Shown: positions 20,189 to 29,422 of the stretch, in pieces
Layout of the letters: each line of letters starts with the position of its first letter
How positions within the stretch are numbered: position 1 is the stretch's first letter
Assembly: GCA_033977065.1 (NCBI GenBank)
Contig: JAXCHI010000002.1
Span: 32,001 to 96,000 of the forward strand
Source: Candidatus Algichlamydia australiensis
GTDB taxonomy: Bacteria > Chlamydiota > Chlamydiia > Chlamydiales > JAJFMI01
Direction: 5' to 3'
DNA: 64,000 bases
The notes under the pieces: model-generated
Databases searched by the model: none
Seen by the model: the letters and a program-made list of their open reading frames with translations, nothing else
Told to the model about the DNA's origin: nothing
Position numbers and translations under genes: made by a program

Positions 20189-21642
20189 TGAAGTTAAAAA
20201 AACTGTTTAAAGGGATCCCAAAGGTTAGCATTAAAGGGGCTAAAGAGGTAGAGATCAGTGGCATCTCTGTTCACTCAAAGCTTGTGAAGCCAGGCAACCT
20301 TTTCATTGCAAAGCGAGGCGTTTCAGATGATGGCGCGCGCTACATTGATGAAGCCGTTGTTGCAGGAGCAAAAGCTGTTCTTACAGACATTTACGATCCC
20401 TTTTTATCCGGAGTAACGCAAGTCATTCATCCTGATCCAGCCTCTATTGAGGCGCAGGTAGCTACAATCTATTACGATGATCCCTCCCTACATCTGTTTA
20501 CGGTTGGAATTACAGGAACCAATGGAAAAACAACGACAAGCTACTTAGTTAAACACCTACTTGATGCGGAAGGGGAGTTTTGCGGTTTGCTTGGGACAAT
20601 TGAATATATCATAGGCAAAAAGCACCTGCCTGCTCCCTTAACTACTCCCGATAATATTACTCTGCAAAGTCTTTTATCGGAGATTCGCTCACGTCGCTAC
20701 GCTTCTGCTGTTATGGAGGTCTCTTCGCACGGGTTAAAGCAGGGGCGTGTTGACGGGATCGATTTTGATGTCGCGATTTTTACAAACATCTCTCGTGATC
20801 ATCTCGACTATCATCAAAATTTTGAGGATTATTTTCATGCTAAGAGCAAACTGTTCCGAGATCTTTCTCCCCAAAAAACAGCAATTATCAATATTGATGA
20901 CTCTGCAGCGCAAAAAATTCGAGTACTTACCAAAGCAAAAATTTTGACGTATGGAATTGAAAATTGCGCAGACCTGCAGGCCTCAGAAATCACATTTAGA
21001 GAAAAATATATGAGCTTTTGTGTGACCTTTGAAGGCGAGAAGGCTCATGTGAAAACTTTATTGATGGGGCGATTTAATATTTATAATATCTTGGCAGCTA
21101 TTGCTGTTGGGCTTACTCGAAATATTCCTCTTATTGAGTGTGCTGCTGCGGTCTCAACATTTAAATTTGTTCGAGGTCGGTTAGAACCAGTAAAAAATAG
21201 CAGAGGAATTTCGATTTATATCGACTTTGCCCATTCTGATGATGCCCTGAAAAATGTTTTAAAAACCCTTCGGGAGTGTAAAAAAGGAAAAATCATCACA
21301 GTTTTTGGTTGTGGAGGAATGCGCGATAGGACAAAGAGGCCTAAAATGGCACAAGTAGCAGAAAAAGAGTCTGATTATACCATTGTAACGTCAGATAATC
21401 CTCGTGGGGAGGACCCTCTTGCCATTTGTTTAGAGATCGCAAAAGGGTTTGCATCAAAAAAGAGTTACTGTGTAGAAGTAGATCGCAAAACGGCAATTGA
21501 GAGAGCGATTCAGATGGCTCAGAAGGTGGATGTAGTTCTTATAGCAGGGAAAGGGCATGAGAATACACAGATTTTGGATCATAAAACTATCGAATTTGAT
21601 GACAAAGAGGTTGCGCGATCAGCCCTAAAAAATTTACACTAG
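20188..21642 (+). CDS. murE: UDP-MurNAc-L-Ala-D-Glu--meso-DAP ligase
   Basis: GITGTNGKTTT, MEVSSHGL, DHLDYH, DFAH, DNPR (DAP specificity), AGKGHE. Confidence 0.96.
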   Translation: MKLKKLFKGIPKVSIKGAKEVEISGISVHSKLVKPGNLFIAKRGVSDDGARYIDEAVVAGAKAVLTDIYDPFLSGVTQVIHPDPASIEAQVATIYYDDPSLHLFTVGITGTNGKTTTSYLVKHLLDAEGEFCGLLGTIEYIIGKKHLPAPLTTPDNITLQSLLSEIRSRRYASAVMEVSSHGLKQGRVDGIDFDVAIFTNISRDHLDYHQNFEDYFHAKSKLFRDLSPQKTAIINIDDSAAQKIRVLTKAKILTYGIENCADLQASEITFREKYMSFCVTFEGEKAHVKTLLMGRFNIYNILAAIAVGLTRNIPLIECAAAVSTFKFVRGRLEPVKNSRGISIYIDFAHSDDALKNVLKTLRECKKGKIITVFGCGGMRDRTKRPKMAQVAEKESDYTIVTSDNPRGEDPLAICLEIAKGFASKKSYCVEVDRKTAIERAIQMAQKVDVVLIAGKGHENTQILDHKTIEFDDKEVARSALKNLH

Positions 21643-21647
21643 CGAAT

Positions 21648-22337
21648 ATGCTTGCAAAGCGATTTTTTCTCTGTGCCCTGTTGATTCTCTCTGCCTCGTG
21701 TGCGAATGCACGTCGTACCAACTCAAATCCCAAAGTAAAAAGTTCTGTTTCAAAGGCAGCTCCGAGACCCCCAATTTCAAAAAAACCAGCTCCGCTCATT
21801 ATAATTGATGCGGGTCATGGTGGTTTTGATAATGGCGCGAGTTGCGGAGGACTCCTGGAAAAAATCTCTGCCCTTCGGACAGCAAAACTTGTGCAGACTC
21901 ATCTGATAAAAAAAGGGTATCGTGTCAAGATGACGCGAACGAAAGATGAATTTATTCCCTTAGCAAAGCGAGCGCAAATTGCCAATCAAGCTAAGGCGCG
22001 TCTCTTTGTCAGCATCCACTACAACGCAGCAAAAAGTGCTGAAGCCAAAGGGATCGAAGTTTACTATTACAACTCCAAAGAGCCGTGGCGTCTCAACGGT
22101 TCAAAAAAGCTAGCTACCTGTGTTTTGCACCGCCTCATAGCCCGCACGGGCGCTCGCTCGCGCGGCGTGAAAACGGGCAATTTCCATGTGATACGCGAAA
22201 CGGACATGCCATCGATCCTTGTCGAAGGCGGATTTGTCACCAACAAAAACGAGAGATCGCTCCTCAAAGAATACCGCTATCTTGACCGTATTGCTCTATC
22301 CGTCGCGGAAGGCGTAGATCGTTACTTCAAAAGCTAA
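21648..22337 (+). CDS. amiA: N-acetylmuramoyl-L-alanine amidase
   Basis: IIIDAGHGG, LFVSIHYNA, SILVEGGF Amidase_3 motifs; signal peptide. Confidence 0.92.
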   Translation: MLAKRFFLCALLILSASCANARRTNSNPKVKSSVSKAAPRPPISKKPAPLIIIDAGHGGFDNGASCGGLLEKISALRTAKLVQTHLIKKGYRVKMTRTKDEFIPLAKRAQIANQAKARLFVSIHYNAAKSAEAKGIEVYYYNSKEPWRLNGSKKLATCVLHRLIARTGARSRGVKTGNFHVIRETDMPSILVEGGFVTNKNERSLLKEYRYLDRIALSVAEGVDRYFKS

Positions 22338-22376
22338 TAGAAATTGCAGTCGGGGCTAAAGCCCCTGCTGCCCCTT

Positions 22377-22476
22377 CGGCTTCATCTTGCTGTGCCAAAT
22401 AAAATTTCTGCTATTGCGCCGTACGCAGTACTGTCACAACAGCAGAAATTTCATTTTGCTTTGCGATATGAACCCG
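22377..22476 (+). repeat. About 100-nt structured foldback element, copy A (homologous to 52341-52444)
   Basis: Long stem aaatttctgct/agcagaaattt; shares flanks with copy B (gccaaat, gccgta, ctgtcaca, attttgctttgcga.atgaacccg). Confidence 0.75.
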
Positions 22477-22536
22477 CGGTTCCGCTTCGCGCTTTAATCG
22501 TTAGTTTTGTTAGAATGCTCATGCGAGGAGTGATCT

Positions 22537-22779
22537 ATGAGAAAAATTTTATTGATTTTGCCAGTCGTGAGTGCGCTTTGTGTTGCAGAAGCAAAAGTAA
22601 TCTCACATAAAGAACAACTTGCTTTTGAAGCTCCTTGCACAGTTATCTGTCCTGCAAATGTTCCGCATGAATTTTTTAATACAGGAGATGTGCCAACAGA
22701 TGCCATTGCCATCTTAGGAATTGACTCGAAGATCATCGATCAAAACGAAATTGTGATGGAGCTCCCTTGGCGCCATTAA
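22537..22779 (+). CDS. Small secreted hypothetical protein
   Basis: GAGGAG RBS, signal peptide MRKILLILPVVSALCVAEA. Confidence 0.6.
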   Translation: MRKILLILPVVSALCVAEAKVISHKEQLAFEAPCTVICPANVPHEFFNTGDVPTDAIAILGIDSKIIDQNEIVMELPWRH

Positions 22780-24128
22780 GTTTTTGGTTGTTTTAATCTA
22801 TATCGTACCGATCTTGTTTTACCGACTTTTTCTAAAACTCCGTTATCAATCATCTCTTCAATTCTTCTTAAGGTAGTCGCGCGTGAGATTTTCAATCGTT
22901 TTTGGATGTCTTTTGATGTGACTTCTGCTGAAGAGGAGAGTAAATCAAGGACTTTTTCTTCATCAGTTTGGGGTGGCGTTTTCATTTCTTCCCGAGGAAG
23001 AATACATTTTACATAATTTTTCCCTTCTATTAATTGCGGTGTAGCAAGACCTCTTTCTTCGTAGCTATCAAGAATCTCAATGATGCCACTTCCTAATTTT
23101 TCAACGTAACCAACTTCGCGAAAAATTTTGCAAATCGCTGGATTGCGGAGGTAGGTGATTCCTGCGCGCAGATTATCCAGATCGATCGGACCCGGAAATT
23201 GCCCAGGACTGAAAACCTCGATGCGATTATCATATATGGCAATTTTGATTGGTGCTTTTATCATGTAATTTCGATGGGCAATAGCATTGAGAAAAGCCTC
23301 TCGCAACGCAATCTGCGGGATTTCAAGTGTGTCTTTTCGAATGGGACCTTCAAAAGAATATGATTTTGCTAATCGAGAAGTAACAAATTCTAAGGCTTGG
23401 TGATATTGATCAAAAAGTGTTCCTTCGCAATCAATCGTTGCAATGATTTCGCGACCTGAGTTTCCAGAAAAATGACTACAGATAATCATTGCTTCGGATA
23501 GAAAAAATTGTGGTTTTTTTCCAAACAATAAAATTCCAGTAACAGTAGGAAATTTTTGTGTATGTTCACTGGCTACTAAGTGGTAAGAGCGCCAAGTTTC
23601 TTCGTTAATATGGGGATTTCCGTGATTTTTTCTTGCTTTTAGGAATTGAAGGAATTTCTCATCACTTAAGTCCTGAAGTTTGGCACTAAAAATTGGTCTT
23701 CGGTCATAATCAATCCCTCTTGATTGAAAGTGGAGTTCTTCGATCATTTCTTCATTAGCACGAGTAGTAATTCTACCTACTCGAATATAGGTTCCTTTAG
23801 TAGGACCTTCTGAACGTCGAAAATAGGGTTTTTGTGAACCAGAGCTTACTTCAATAATGACAATTATTAGTTCGTCAAATCTTTGGCAAAAAATATTAGG
23901 AATGATTGGGGGCTCAATACTTGCAAAAACTGCTTGGTTTAGGGATTCAAGAAGTTCACTAGCCCTCTCCTCTGGTACACCAACAACAGTTCCATTATCT
24001 TCGACTCCAAGTACAAGTTTTCCTCCATGTCCATTGCAAAAAGCAGTAATAGTTTTGATGATCTGATCGTACTTTGGGATTTCTCTCTTAAATTCTAAAT
24101 TAACTGACTCACTATCAGAGTACTTCAT
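22776..24128 (-). CDS. AlbA_2/Schlafen-domain protein with RecG-C/HATPase-like domain and C-terminal HTH
   Basis: ESVNLEFKRE, TITAFCNGHGGKLVLGV, REAFLNAIAHRNY, RNPAI, EKLGSGI, HTH tail. Encoded on the MINUS strand (cat at 24126-24128), although the ORF track labels it +. Confidence 0.88.
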   Translation of the reverse strand: MKYSDSESVNLEFKREIPKYDQIIKTITAFCNGHGGKLVLGVEDNGTVVGVPEERASELLESLNQAVFASIEPPIIPNIFCQRFDELIIVIIEVSSGSQKPYFRRSEGPTKGTYIRVGRITTRANEEMIEELHFQSRGIDYDRRPIFSAKLQDLSDEKFLQFLKARKNHGNPHINEETWRSYHLVASEHTQKFPTVTGILLFGKKPQFFLSEAMIICSHFSGNSGREIIATIDCEGTLFDQYHQALEFVTSRLAKSYSFEGPIRKDTLEIPQIALREAFLNAIAHRNYMIKAPIKIAIYDNRIEVFSPGQFPGPIDLDNLRAGITYLRNPAICKIFREVGYVEKLGSGIIEILDSYEERGLATPQLIEGKNYVKCILPREEMKTPPQTDEEKVLDLLSSSAEVTSKDIQKRLKISRATTLRRIEEMIDNGVLEKVGKTRSVRYRLKQPKT

Positions 24129-24131
24129 TTT

Positions 24132-24297
24132 GGTTGCCTCATTTGGCTTGGATTTTAACTCAAATTGTATTTATGAATCAAATGAAGAGATTTAACACAT
24201 CAATAATCTCCTCATTCGTCTCATTTTCTCCTCAAAAATGTATATTTTGAGTCAAATGAGGAGATTTAACTTAGCTGCAATCTCCTTATTTGACTCA
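24132..24297. promoter_or_regulatory. Array of 19-bp inverted half-sites with about 74-bp period upstream of the AlbA-HTH gene
   Basis: tgaRtcaaatgaRgagatt at 24174 and 24248; inverse copies at 24205, 24279 and (degenerate) 24132; 12-nt spacer in both palindromes. Confidence 0.7.
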
Positions 24298-24402
24298 ATA
24301 TTTTGTAAAATAAAAACATAACATTCTAATGATGAATGAGGTATGGTTTAAACACTAAGAAAACAACAAATATTTTTACTTATAAAAAATGAGGAGAAAA
24401 GC

Positions 24403-24469
24403 TGTCTTCGGCGCGATTCGAACGCGCGACCTGTCGCTTAGGAGGCGACTACTCTATCCAGCTGAGCTA
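24403..24469 (-). repeat. 67-bp duplicate of the tRNA-Arg 3' part (att-like direct repeat, pseudo-tRNA)
   Basis: Identical to 25145-25211 except for one mismatch; lacks the 5' acceptor strand. Confidence 0.92.
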
Positions 24470-24804
24470 AGAGTCTCAATGACTTCTTCAAGGTCTATTT
24501 GAAATGTAGGAAGGCTTTCTCGAATTGTTTTCCAAACAATTTCGTGATCTACATCAAAATAGGCATGAATAAGCCGATTTCTCATGCCTACAAGCGCTTT
24601 CCAAGGAATATGAGGAAATTTTTTCTTGGTTTTATCTGAAATTTGACCCGCAGCTTCACCAATAATTTCAAGCTCTCGTAGTACAGCAGATTGGTAGAGA
24701 CGGTTGTTCCTAAGTGAAGCTTTTCGTTTGCCTTTCGAAAAATCGAGAATGGCGTTTGTGGAATCGAGCATATGCATCAGTCGGAGCAAATCTTTATTTT
24801 CCAT
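24454..24804 (-). CDS. HEPN (DUF86/HepT-type) ribonuclease toxin
   Basis: LEIIGEAA, IPWK, RNRLIHAY (RX4HXY motif). Confidence 0.9.
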   Translation of the reverse strand: MENKDLLRLMHMLDSTNAILDFSKGKRKASLRNNRLYQSAVLRELEIIGEAAGQISDKTKKKFPHIPWKALVGMRNRLIHAYFDVDHEIVWKTIRESLPTFQIDLEEVIETLSSAG

Positions 24805-25096
24805 AGATAGTCTTTGCAGTTGCTAATACATCGTCACGAAAATAGGGGCTCAAGTCGTTTGGAGTTCTAAGATCAACCGGATATCCGAAGATCTCGCTCA
24901 GCTCCGATTCCATTTCTACAATCCCAAAGAGATTAGGGATATGTGCTTTTTCAAATTTCACTAAGACATCAACATCACTTTTTTTCGTAAAATATGGGGT
25001 GATAACTGATCCAAATAGAGCAAGATAAGCAATATGATGTTTTTTGCAAAAATTGGAAATTTTTCTTTTTTCTATTTTTACAGGGGTTTTACTCAT
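24794..25096 (-). CDS. Minimal nucleotidyltransferase (MNT/MntA-type) antitoxin
   Basis: GS-X10-DVD motif, VDL; overlaps the HEPN start. Confidence 0.9.
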   Translation of the reverse strand: MSKTPVKIEKRKISNFCKKHHIAYLALFGSVITPYFTKKSDVDVLVKFEKAHIPNLFGIVEMESELSEIFGYPVDLRTPNDLSPYFRDDVLATAKTIYGK

Positions 25097-25144
25097 TTGA
25101 CTACCTCCTTTCCCTCATATTGTATCATTTTTTCAAAATAATGT

Positions 25145-25218
25145 TGTCTTCGGCGCGATTCGAACGCGCGACCTGTCGCTTAGGAGGCGACTGCTCTATC
25201 CAGCTGAGCTACGAAGAC
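25145..25218 (-). tRNA. tRNA-Arg(CCT)
   Basis: GTCTTCG acceptor stem, D-arm AGCTCAGCTGGATAGAGC, anticodon arm GTCGC-CTCCTAA-GCGAC, T-loop GTTCGAATC; CCA not encoded. Confidence 0.95.
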
Positions 25219-25271
25219 ATTGCGACAAGTATACCTGTGTAATGACTTTTGTGGTATAAAAAGGAGTTTAA

Positions 25272-25430
25272 ACTCAAGTTGCTACCTCCTTCCCCCTCTG
25301 GAGAGGCCCTTTTTGCGATCTGTTTAGTTTAAAATTTCAGAAATGTTTAACAAACATTCCTTCAATTTGAAACAAAACATCTCATCAAAAATCCCTCTCT
25401 CCATAGGAGAAACTGGGTAGCAACTTGAGT
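25272..25430. repeat. 159-bp foldback element with 15-bp perfect terminal inverted repeats (MITE-like)
   Basis: actcaagttgctacc ... ggtagcaacttgagt; imperfect pairing continues to a central aatgttt-aac-aaacatt; partial second copy at 63604. Confidence 0.8.
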
Positions 25431-25453
25431 GTTCAAATATTAGGAGTTTTGTG

Positions 25454-26905
25454 ATGGCAGAGGCAGATATTGGTTTAATTGGTTTGGCGGTGATGGGACA
25501 AAATCTTGTCCTCAATATGAATGATCACGGTCATAAGGTCGTTGTCTACAATCGCACATCTTCTAAGGTTGATGATTTTCTTGCCGGTCCTGCCAAAGGC
25601 ACTGATGTAGTCGGTAGCCATTCGTTGGAAGAATTTTTTGGAAAGTTAAAGCGGCCGCGTAAAGTAATGTTTATGGTTAAGGCGGGCGCACCTGTTGATG
25701 CTCTGATTGAGGAGTGTATGCCATTTTTAGAAAAAGGCGATTTGATTATTGATGGCGGCAATAGCCACTTTCCCGATTCAGAAAGACGCTACAAAATGCT
25801 GCAAGAAAAAGGCATTCACTACATTGGTGCAGGGGTTTCTGGTGGCGAAGAGGGCGCTAGACATGGTCCTTCGATTATGCCTGGTGGAAGTCCCGATGCG
25901 TGGCCGTTAATTAAGGAGATTTTTCAGGGAATTGCGGCCAAGTCAGAAGAGGGTGAACCGTGCTGTGACTGGGTTGGCGATGGTGGTGCAGGTCACTATG
26001 TCAAAATGGTTCACAATGGGATTGAGTATGGCGATATGCAGTTAATTTGTGAGGCGTACCAGCTGTTAAAGGATGTGGTTGGTGTGACAACAGAGGAGTT
26101 GCATGAGATCTTCGCTTCTTGGAACAAGACAGAACTGGATAGTTATCTAATTGAAATTTCAGCCGATATTTTTACGAAAAAAGATGAGGATGGAAAACCA
26201 CTTGTCGATAAGATTTTAGATGTAGCAGGACAGAAGGGTACGGGAAAATGGACGGGCATCAATGCGTTGGAGCTTGGTATGCCGGTGACGCTGATTGGGG
26301 AAGCGGTTTTTGCCCGTTGTCTCTCTGCTTTAAAAGAGGAGCGTGTGGAGGTAGAATCTCTCTATCCAAAAAAACGCCCGAGCTTTTCTGGTGATAAAGC
26401 GGCGTTTATTGAAGATGTACGTCTAACACTATATGCTGCAAAAATTATTAGTTATACGCAGGGCTTTGTGCTCATGCGCGCGGCTGCTGAAGAGTATGGC
26501 TGGAACCTAAACTACGGAAACATTGCGCTCATGTGGCGCGGTGGCTGCATTATTCGAAGCAAGTTTTTAGGCGATATTAAAAAAGCGTATGATGAGAATC
26601 CAAAGCTGAAGAGTCTGCTTTTTAATGACTTTTTCAAAAAAGAGATCACTAAGTGTGAGGCGAGTTGGCGTCGCATTGTAGCGTGTGCAGCAGAATTTGC
26701 GATTCCCACACCAACGCTCTCAACGGCTTTGGACTTCTTTGATGGGTATACAACAGGTCGTCTGCCAACAAATTTATTGCAAGCACAGCGCGACTACTTT
26801 GGTGCGCATACGTATGAGCGTGTTGATCAACCGCGTGGCAAATTTTTCCATACAAACTGGACCGGTCGCGGTGGTGATGTGAGCTCTTCTACGTATAACG
26901 TTTAA
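25454..26905 (+). CDS. gnd: 6-phosphogluconate dehydrogenase (NADP, decarboxylating)
   Basis: IGLIGLAVMGQNL, GVSGGEEGARHGPS, HYVKMVHNGIEYGDMQL, QAQRDYFGAHTY. Confidence 0.97.
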   Translation: MAEADIGLIGLAVMGQNLVLNMNDHGHKVVVYNRTSSKVDDFLAGPAKGTDVVGSHSLEEFFGKLKRPRKVMFMVKAGAPVDALIEECMPFLEKGDLIIDGGNSHFPDSERRYKMLQEKGIHYIGAGVSGGEEGARHGPSIMPGGSPDAWPLIKEIFQGIAAKSEEGEPCCDWVGDGGAGHYVKMVHNGIEYGDMQLICEAYQLLKDVVGVTTEELHEIFASWNKTELDSYLIEISADIFTKKDEDGKPLVDKILDVAGQKGTGKWTGINALELGMPVTLIGEAVFARCLSALKEERVEVESLYPKKRPSFSGDKAAFIEDVRLTLYAAKIISYTQGFVLMRAAAEEYGWNLNYGNIALMWRGGCIIRSKFLGDIKKAYDENPKLKSLLFNDFFKKEITKCEASWRRIVACAAEFAIPTPTLSTALDFFDGYTTGRLPTNLLQAQRDYFGAHTYERVDQPRGKFFHTNWTGRGGDVSSSTYNV

Positions 26906-26907
26906 AT

Positions 26908-28716
26908 TTACTCTTCCGCTTTTAAGACGGCCATAAAGGCAGATTGGGGAATGGAGACTTTGCCAATCTCCTTCATGCGCTTCTTTCCCTTCTTCTGTTT
27001 TTCCCAAAGTTTGCGCTTACGTGTGATATCTCCACCGTAGCATTTGGCAGTGACATTTTTAGAGAGAGCAGAGAGGGTTTCACGGGCGATGACCTTCCCG
27101 CCGATAGCTGCTTGGATCGGTACTTTGAATTGTTGACGGGGGATGACCTCGCGCAACTTCTTACAAATCGCGCGACCCTTTCCTTCCGCTTTTGTGCGGT
27201 GCACAAGGCACGAGAAGGCGTCAACGACTTCATCGTTCACACGGAGTTCAAGTTTAACAATGTCACCGCGCTGATAGCGGTCGACTTCGTAGTCAAAAGA
27301 GCCGTAACCGCGGGTAATTGATTTGAGTTTATCACTAAAGTCCGTGATCACTTCGTTCATGGGGAAGCGGTAGGTCAGAAGAAGGCGCTTTGCGTCCATT
27401 GTTTCTGTATTTTCTAATTCACCGCGCTTCTCTTTACCAAGTGCCATGATCGCTCCGAGATATTCGGATGGAGACATAATGTGGCATTTAACCCAGGGCT
27501 CTTGAATATGGTCAATGTGGGTGGGATCGGGATAGTGCGCGGGGTTATCTATATCTTTAGTTGTCCCATCACCAAAAGTAATTTTATAGACAACGCTAGG
27601 CGCTGTGGTGATGATGGCAAGGTCAAATTCCCGCTGCAATCTTTCAAAAGTAATTTCGAGGTGAAGCAAGCCGAGGAAGCCGCAACGGAATCCGAAACCA
27701 AGGGCTAGAGAGCTCTCTTGTTCTACATGGAGGGCGGAGTCGTTGAGCTGCAGTTTGACTAAAGCGTCGCGTAGAGATTCAAAGTCGGAGGAATCGACAG
27801 GGTAGATGCCGGCAAAGACAGTAGGATGAATGAGGCGAAAGCCGGGGAGGGGCTCTTTTGTGCCCTCTTTGTACGTTGTGAGAGTATCGCCGATTTTGAC
27901 ATCGGAAGTTTTTTTAATATTGGCAAGAAGGTAGCCGACTTCTCCAGGACGTAACTCTTGACACGCGGTTTCATCAGGGGCAAAGATTCCAACTTCTTGC
28001 ACATCAAAACTTTTATCTGTAGCAAGGAGATGAATGAGATCACCCTTTTTGACCCTGCCGCTAATGATGCGAATATAGATCATCACTCCACGATAAGGGT
28101 CGTAGTGGGAGTCAAAGACAAGAGCGCGTAGGGTTGTGTCCTCGGGCTCTTTCGGAGCGGGAATAACTTCAATAATTTTTTCTAAAATATCGTCTACCCC
28201 TTTTCCCGTTTTGGCAGAGCAAGTCACAGATTCGCTTGTATCAATACCAACTACATCTTCAATTTGTTGCTTGACCCCCTCAGGATCGGACGCGGGAAGA
28301 TCAATTTTATTCAGGATAGGAAGAATTTCTAAGTCGCGCTCAATAGCGAGAAGAACATTGGCAAGCGTTTGTGCCTGGACGCCTTGTGTAGCGTCGACAA
28401 TGAGCAGGGCGCCCTCGCATGCGGAGAGAGATCGGGAGACTTCGTAAGAGAAGTCGACGTGGCCAGGAGTGTCAATAAAATTAAATTGATAGCGTTTCCC
28501 ATCTTTTGCGTTGTAATACATGGTGACAGGATGCGCTTTGATTGTGATACCACGTTCACGTTCTAGCTCCATGTCATCCAAGAGTTGTTCTTGCATAAGC
28601 CGCTTTTCAACGGTACCGGTTATCTCTAGCATGCGATCTGCTAGAGTTGATTTACCATGGTCAATATGCGCTATAATAGAAAAATTGCGAATCAGCTCGC
28701 GTTTGTATTCAGACAT
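26908..28716 (-). CDS. lepA: Elongation factor 4 (LepA)
   Basis: [44 protein letters not shown]; start uncertain by a few codons. Confidence 0.97.
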   Translation of the reverse strand: MSEYKRELIRNFSIIAHIDHGKSTLADRMLEITGTVEKRLMQEQLLDDMELERERGITIKAHPVTMYYNAKDGKRYQFNFIDTPGHVDFSYEVSRSLSACEGALLIVDATQGVQAQTLANVLLAIERDLEILPILNKIDLPASDPEGVKQQIEDVVGIDTSESVTCSAKTGKGVDDILEKIIEVIPAPKEPEDTTLRALVFDSHYDPYRGVMIYIRIISGRVKKGDLIHLLATDKSFDVQEVGIFAPDETACQELRPGEVGYLLANIKKTSDVKIGDTLTTYKEGTKEPLPGFRLIHPTVFAGIYPVDSSDFESLRDALVKLQLNDSALHVEQESSLALGFGFRCGFLGLLHLEITFERLQREFDLAIITTAPSVVYKITFGDGTTKDIDNPAHYPDPTHIDHIQEPWVKCHIMSPSEYLGAIMALGKEKRGELENTETMDAKRLLLTYRFPMNEVITDFSDKLKSITRGYGSFDYEVDRYQRGDIVKLELRVNDEVVDAFSCLVHRTKAEGKGRAICKKLREVIPRQQFKVPIQAAIGGKVIARETLSALSKNVTAKCYGGDITRKRKLWEKQKKGKKRMKEIGKVSIPQSAFMAVLKAEE

Positions 28717-28821
28717 GCTCTTCATTGTATCTCTTTTTTTTGCTGAAATCATCTCTTTTTTTTCTTGTTATTTTTTATTTCTTGATTTAGTGTTAATCAA
28801 AAATTAACAAGGAGTGGGATT

Positions 28822-29241
28822 ATGTCGTCTGTTACAAATCAACAATCTATAGGAGAAAGCCTATGGGCAGGAATTGCTGGAAAAACGGAAGCGGAGCGGG
28901 ATGAAAGAATTAAAAATATTTTTGATTTAGCAAAAATTCTGATTGCTGCTTATTGTGCCAAGAAATGCGCTGATGAGTTTAGTGTGATGAGTTTACGCAA
29001 CCCTATACAGCTTTTAAGTTCGTGGGTAATGGTTCTTCCTTGGGGAGTTTGCACATTTTTGCTGCTTAAATGGTCTTATGAGTTTTTTCTTCGCAACGAT
29101 CCAACAGAGATTGTTCCTGTAGCTAAAAAGAAGTGGGATGCTTGGGTTTCTCCAGTTTGGAGTGCTGCTATGCGCGCGCTAAAAGCAAATGAAATGGTCA
29201 ATAAAAAGTCTGATATTGACGATAGCGCAAATAATGGTTAG
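28822..29241 (+). CDS. Hypothetical membrane protein
   Basis: AAGGAG RBS, central hydrophobic segment, own terminator. Confidence 0.55.
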   Translation: MSSVTNQQSIGESLWAGIAGKTEAERDERIKNIFDLAKILIAAYCAKKCADEFSVMSLRNPIQLLSSWVMVLPWGVCTFLLLKWSYEFFLRNDPTEIVPVAKKKWDAWVSPVWSAAMRALKANEMVNKKSDIDDSANNG

Positions 29242-29263
29242 GTTTTCAGATCTTCCTTAAACT

Positions 29264-29303
29264 AAAAAAAAGCCATCGCTGGGATTTCCGGTGATGGCTT
29301 TTT
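29264..29303 (+). terminator. Rho-independent terminator (bidirectional shape)
   Basis: A-tract, agccatcgc/gtgatggct stem, T-tract. Confidence 0.8.
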
Positions 29304-29422
29304 CGGTATTTGACGAAAGAAAAATTTTTGTTGTAGCTAAAATCCTTTTCAAATAGTCTAGAATTTCTTAAGATTTAGCAAAGATGCAAACAAAAAAACA
29401 TAAACAAACTTGGAGGTAGATT

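Noticed and set aside
22344..22610. 88-aa ORF, and the similar 52396-52665 ORF sharing FALR.EP
   Set aside because: Similarity is explained by the underlying structured repeat; weak starts and overlap with better genes
24132..24297. CRISPR array
   Set aside because: Units are alternating inverted arms with similar rather than unique spacers; only ~2.5 units and no cas genes
24403..24476. Second functional tRNA-Arg
   Set aside because: 5' acceptor strand is replaced by HEPN coding sequence, so the acceptor stem cannot form
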